In this document: in pieces, positions 28,520-32,000 of the stretch | How positions within the stretch are numbered: the stretch's first letter is position 1 | Layout: every line of letters begins with the position of its first letter | From: Xylella taiwanensis | GTDB taxonomy: Bacteria > Pseudomonadota > Gammaproteobacteria > Xanthomonadales > Xanthomonadaceae | Assembly: GCF_013177435.1 (NCBI RefSeq) | Contig: NZ_CP053627.1 | Coordinates: 2,040,001 to 2,072,000, forward strand | Direction: 5' to 3' | Length of the DNA: 32,000 bases | The notes under the pieces: generated by a model | What the model saw: the letters and a program-made list of their open reading frames with translations, nothing else | Databases searched by the model: none | Told to the model about the DNA's origin: nothing | Made by a program: the position numbers and the translations under genes

Positions 28520-28675
28520 TTTTGAGACAAGATTAATCCAAAAGCGACATGAAATGCTTCCTGTCCGCCATCGGCCCCGACCTCCGGGTTTCCTTGTTTT
28601 ATAGATAGATCAAGATCGTCACCATGCCACAGCGACACATCAGGCAGCGCCGATCACAGTTCACTCAGACCTCCC

Positions 28676-30955
28676 ATGCCATTCATTAAGAGTCGTAAAC
28701 ACCTGATCGCAGCAACGGCCAGCAACCGCCACTTCACTGCTGTAGCCCTACTGTCCTCTTTCTCTCTTGTTTCTCAGGCGCAAGCTATCCAAACCACCAC
28801 GCTCGACAAAATCAACGTACAAGGTGAACAACTCAAACGTTATTCCGCAGACAAACCTGCCTCTGGCAAGTACACCCAACCGCTGATCGACACCACCCAA
28901 ACCATTAACATCATCGGCAAAGATCTGCTCAACGAACAAGGCGCCACCTCGCTGAGCGAAGCACTACGCAACAGCCCGGGCGTGGGCACGTTCTACGTCG
29001 GCGAGAACGGCACCACCGCAACAGGTGACGCCACCTATATGCGCGGCTTCGACAGTTCCAGCAGCATCTATGTCGATGGCATCCGTGATCTCGGCTCAAT
29101 CACCCGTGACGTCTTCAATCTGGAGCAAATTGAAGTCACCAAGGGTCCTTCCAGCTCAGACTACGGGCGTACTTCGCCCACTGGCGCGATTAACCTGATC
29201 ACCAAGCAGCCATTCCTGCGCAATACCAGCACTGCAAACATCTCCTATGGCACAGCCTCGCAACGCCGCTTTACCAGCGACCTTAATCTGATCACCAGCC
29301 CTGATTCGGCATTCCGCTTAAACGTCATGGGGCAAGACAGCGGTGTTCCAGGACGCAACGATGTCAAAAACAAACGCTGGGGGTTTGCCCCATCAGCAGC
29401 ATTCGGCTTAGAGACCAGCACCCGCGTATTCGTCAACCTGCAATACATCAACCAAGAAAACATTCCAGACGGCGGCGTGCTCACCATTGGCTTGCCCGGC
29501 TACAGCACGCCAGACAGCGCACGGACGCAGATCAGCACCGCACCACGCGTGGACAGCAAGAACTTCTATGGCACCCGCTCGGATTTCGAACACGTGAAAT
29601 CGTCTATGGCCACCGTGCGCATTGAGCACGATATCGGCAACCAAACGAAACTGCAAAATACCTTGCGCTGGGGACGTAACGAACAGCGTTACCTGCTGAC
29701 CTCCTACCGCGGCAATTCAGAGAACCTAGTGACACCCAACCTGGCCGATCCTTCGACCTGGACATTGAACCGTGAAATACCGACGTTCAAGGATCAAATC
29801 AACACGATCTTGACTAACCAAACCAACCTCAATCTGACCTTGAAAACCAGCTCGATCGAACACAACATCGCCACTGGTGTAGAACTGACTCGTGAACGGA
29901 TGCAAGGCTATGGCATCAGCAGCAGCGGTCGCTGGCCAGCAGCCAACCTGTACCATCCGAACCCGGACGTCAGCGGGCTGAGCTGGGCAGCCAATGGCGC
30001 CTATGCCCACGGACAAACTGACACCACCGCATTCTACCTATTCGATACACTCAAGTTCAGTCGCCGTTGGTACGTCAACGGCGGCCTGCGCTGGGACCGC
30101 TACAACACCGACTATTCGGCACTGCTGTGCGACCCCGTACGCGGCCGCATCTACTGCAACACAACGACTACCATACTCGATCAGTTCAAGGGCAACGCTT
30201 CTGGGACTCTGTTCGGCTGGAAAACGGGCGTGCTATTCAAACCCACCGAACACAGCAGCCTGTACATCAACTACGCAGTTTCCCAACAACCACCCGGTGG
30301 TGCTTCACTGGAACTAAGCGCCAAACCCCAGAATTCCAATAACCCGAACTACCGACCACAAACCGCACGCACTGCCGAAACGGGCGTGAAGTGGAACTCA
30401 TCTCAAGAACGTCTGCAACTGACCGCCGCGATATACAACACCGAGGTCAAGAACGACGTAGTACAGGACCCAATCGACCTACAGTATTACCAAAATGGCG
30501 AGAAACGGGTGCGCGGCGTTGAACTCAGCGCAGTTGGCCAAGTGACCGACGCCTGGTCGATGTCGGCAGGGTTCACGACGATGGACGCCAAAGTCAAGCA
30601 GGGGCCTGCGGTCTCAGCCGACGGTTCACTCGGACTCGCCTACACCCCCAATCAAGCATTCACCGCCTGGACCACATACACTTTTCCGTTTGGCCTGACG
30701 ATTGGTGGTGGCGCACGCTACGCCGGCGAGATGAAACGCGACAGCAAAAGCGCGATCGGCACTCCAACTGATATTGAGAGCTACTGGGTCATAGACATGG
30801 TACTCAGCTACCGCCTCAGCGAACACCTGGATCTACGGCTGAACAGTTACAACCTGTTAGACAAGGACTACGTCGCAGCGATCAACAAGAGTGGCTACCG
30901 GTATGCTCCAGGGACTCCACGTGCATTTTTACTGACAGCAAACTTGCGCTTCTGA
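28676..30955 (+). CDS. TonB-dependent outer-membrane receptor (siderophore/catecholate-type, PiuA/Fiu-like)
   Basis: 759 aa. It has a signal peptide ending 'SQAQA', a plug domain ('INIIGKDLLNEQGATSLSEALRNSPGV', 'YMRGF', 'IEVTKGPSS') and a long beta-barrel ending in the terminal aromatic residue '...LLTANLRF'. It is followed by piuC and piuB homologues. Confidence 0.92.
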   Translation: MPFIKSRKHLIAATASNRHFTAVALLSSFSLVSQAQAIQTTTLDKINVQGEQLKRYSADKPASGKYTQPLIDTTQTINIIGKDLLNEQGATSLSEALRNSPGVGTFYVGENGTTATGDATYMRGFDSSSSIYVDGIRDLGSITRDVFNLEQIEVTKGPSSSDYGRTSPTGAINLITKQPFLRNTSTANISYGTASQRRFTSDLNLITSPDSAFRLNVMGQDSGVPGRNDVKNKRWGFAPSAAFGLETSTRVFVNLQYINQENIPDGGVLTIGLPGYSTPDSARTQISTAPRVDSKNFYGTRSDFEHVKSSMATVRIEHDIGNQTKLQNTLRWGRNEQRYLLTSYRGNSENLVTPNLADPSTWTLNREIPTFKDQINTILTNQTNLNLTLKTSSIEHNIATGVELTRERMQGYGISSSGRWPAANLYHPNPDVSGLSWAANGAYAHGQTDTTAFYLFDTLKFSRRWYVNGGLRWDRYNTDYSALLCDPVRGRIYCNTTTTILDQFKGNASGTLFGWKTGVLFKPTEHSSLYINYAVSQQPPGGASLELSAKPQNSNNPNYRPQTARTAETGVKWNSSQERLQLTAAIYNTEVKNDVVQDPIDLQYYQNGEKRVRGVELSAVGQVTDAWSMSAGFTTMDAKVKQGPAVSADGSLGLAYTPNQAFTAWTTYTFPFGLTIGGGARYAGEMKRDSKSAIGTPTDIESYWVIDMVLSYRLSEHLDLRLNSYNLLDKDYVAAINKSGYRYAPGTPRAFLLTANLRF

Positions 30956-30998
30956 GCAACACGAGCACGGCATGAACACCTAGCTCCAAGAGTCGACG

Positions 30999-31691
30999 AT
31001 GCTTTTACACATCCCCTACATCCTCAATCGCACCCAAGCGACCTCAATGCATGAACGCTTAGCGGCAGCCAACTGGACCGACGGACGCGAGACCGTCGGT
31101 CCCCAAGGTGCGCAGGTTAAACATAATCTGCAACTGCCCGAAACATCGCCACTGCGTCAGGAACTCGGCCGCGAGATCCTTGATGCACTGGCACGCAGCC
31201 CACTTTACTTTGCTGCAACATTACCGCTACGCACATTGCCACCACGTTTCAACCGCTACCAGAAAAACCACCAATACGGATTTCACGTCGACGGCGCGGT
31301 GCTGTCGCTCCCGGTCGCCCACGGCCATACTCCAGTCAGCCTGCGCAGCGACGTCTCTTGCACCTTGTTTCTCAACGACCCGGACGAATACGACGGGGGT
31401 GAGCTGATCATCACTGACACCTACGGCGAACATGAAGTCAAATTGCCAGCAGGCGACCTTGTCATTTACCCCTCGACCAGTCTGCACCGGGTCGCACCGG
31501 TCACCCACGGCACGCGGATCGCCTCCTTCTTTTGGGTACAAAGCCTAGTACGCCAAGCCACACGTCGCCACCAGTTACTCGAGCTGGACACCGCGATCCA
31601 ATCACTGACTGACTCCAACACTGACCGCAACACGATCCTGCGACTCACCAACGTCTATCACAACCTGCTGCGGGAATGGTCAGAGACCTGA
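30999..31691 (+). CDS. piuC: Fe(II)/2-oxoglutarate-dependent PKHD-type hydroxylase (PiuC/YbiX)
   Basis: 230 aa, collinear with E. coli YbiX: 'HIPYILN', '[21 protein letters not shown]', '[18 protein letters not shown]', 'YDGGELII', '[21 protein letters not shown]' and '[12 protein letters not shown]'. Confidence 0.92.
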   Translation: MLLHIPYILNRTQATSMHERLAAANWTDGRETVGPQGAQVKHNLQLPETSPLRQELGREILDALARSPLYFAATLPLRTLPPRFNRYQKNHQYGFHVDGAVLSLPVAHGHTPVSLRSDVSCTLFLNDPDEYDGGELIITDTYGEHEVKLPAGDLVIYPSTSLHRVAPVTHGTRIASFFWVQSLVRQATRRHQLLELDTAIQSLTDSNTDRNTILRLTNVYHNLLREWSET

Positions 31692-31699
31692 ACACATCG

Positions 31700-32000
31700 A
31701 TGTCCACCACATCCTCGTCCACTGCCGCCGATCCAGGCGTACATCGACAACGCCGCAGCTTCTGGCTGCGCACATTACACCAATGGCACTGGATCAGTTC
31801 GGCCATCTGCCTGGTCGGCATGCTACTGTTCGCAGCCACCGGATTGACCCTGAACCACGCCGCACGGATTGAGACCACACCAAACGTGGTACACCGCACC
31901 ACAACACTGCCGCCAGCACTGCACGCCGCACTCGCGACATCAAAAAACAGCAGTGGGCCTCTACCTCCAGTAATCGCCGTGTGGCTCAGCACATACACCG
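31700..32000 (+). CDS. PepSY-associated TM protein (PiuB-like), 5' fragment truncated by the window end
   Basis: Not in the ORF track because it has no stop in the window. My hand translation from the ATG at 31700 gives 'MSTTSSSTAADPGVHRQRRSFWLRTLHQWHWISSAICLVGMLLFAATGLTLNHA...'. That is the characteristic 'R..LH.W.G.....L..TG..LN' N-terminus of PepSY-TM/PiuB proteins. It starts 9 nt after piuC. Confidence 0.75.
   Translation, partial: MSTTSSSTAADPGVHRQRRSFWLRTLHQWHWISSAICLVGMLLFAATGLTLNHAARIETTPNVVHRTTTLPPALHAALATSKNSSGPLPPVIAVWLSTYT

Overview
This 32-kb chromosomal window reads like a Xanthomonadaceae genome. Gene content, gene order and a roughly 50% GC background fit Xylella fastidiosa best, but that is my recognition from the protein sequences, not a database hit.

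Left to right:
- aroE (-).
- A 2.1-kb ORF-poor stretch carrying an orphan intrinsic terminator.
- thiD (+).
- A 2.9-kb ORF-poor stretch with multi-frame coding relics.
- cutA-dsbD (-). DsbD carries a tandemly duplicated N-terminal redox domain.
- groES-groEL (+), with a sigma32-type promoter, a CIRCE operator and a strong terminator.
- A 1.1-kb extremely AT-rich ORF-free block.
- Nine tightly packed, co-directional minus-strand genes (13.5-24.6 kb) forming a surface-glycan locus. In transcription order they are an FkbM-type methyltransferase with a coiled-coil tail, a double-GT4 glycosyltransferase, gmd, rmd (GDP-D-rhamnose branch), UDP-xylose synthase, a membrane-anchored GT2, a GtrA-like protein, a small membrane protein with a wHTH-like tail, and a 679-aa GT-C-like membrane transferase.
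- cbs, a DUF465 gene and a DUF4398/OmpA-like envelope pair (all -).
- A TonB-dependent receptor, piuC and piuB iron-uptake set (+). The last gene is cut by the window end.

I found no rRNA, tRNA, CRISPR array or intact mobile element.

The part most worth follow-up is the glycan locus. It combines a UDP-xylose synthase wired directly to a GtrB/GtrA/GT-C-type periplasmic glycosylation trio, partly on AT-rich (apparently foreign) DNA, with a D-rhamnan-type module. The methyltransferase of that module carries 28-residue tandem coiled-coil repeats, a possible chain-length ruler. No exporter gene lies in the window.

I see no evidence for a defence system, toxin system or other radically new machinery. 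All functional calls come from motif recognition by eye and need homology searches to confirm.
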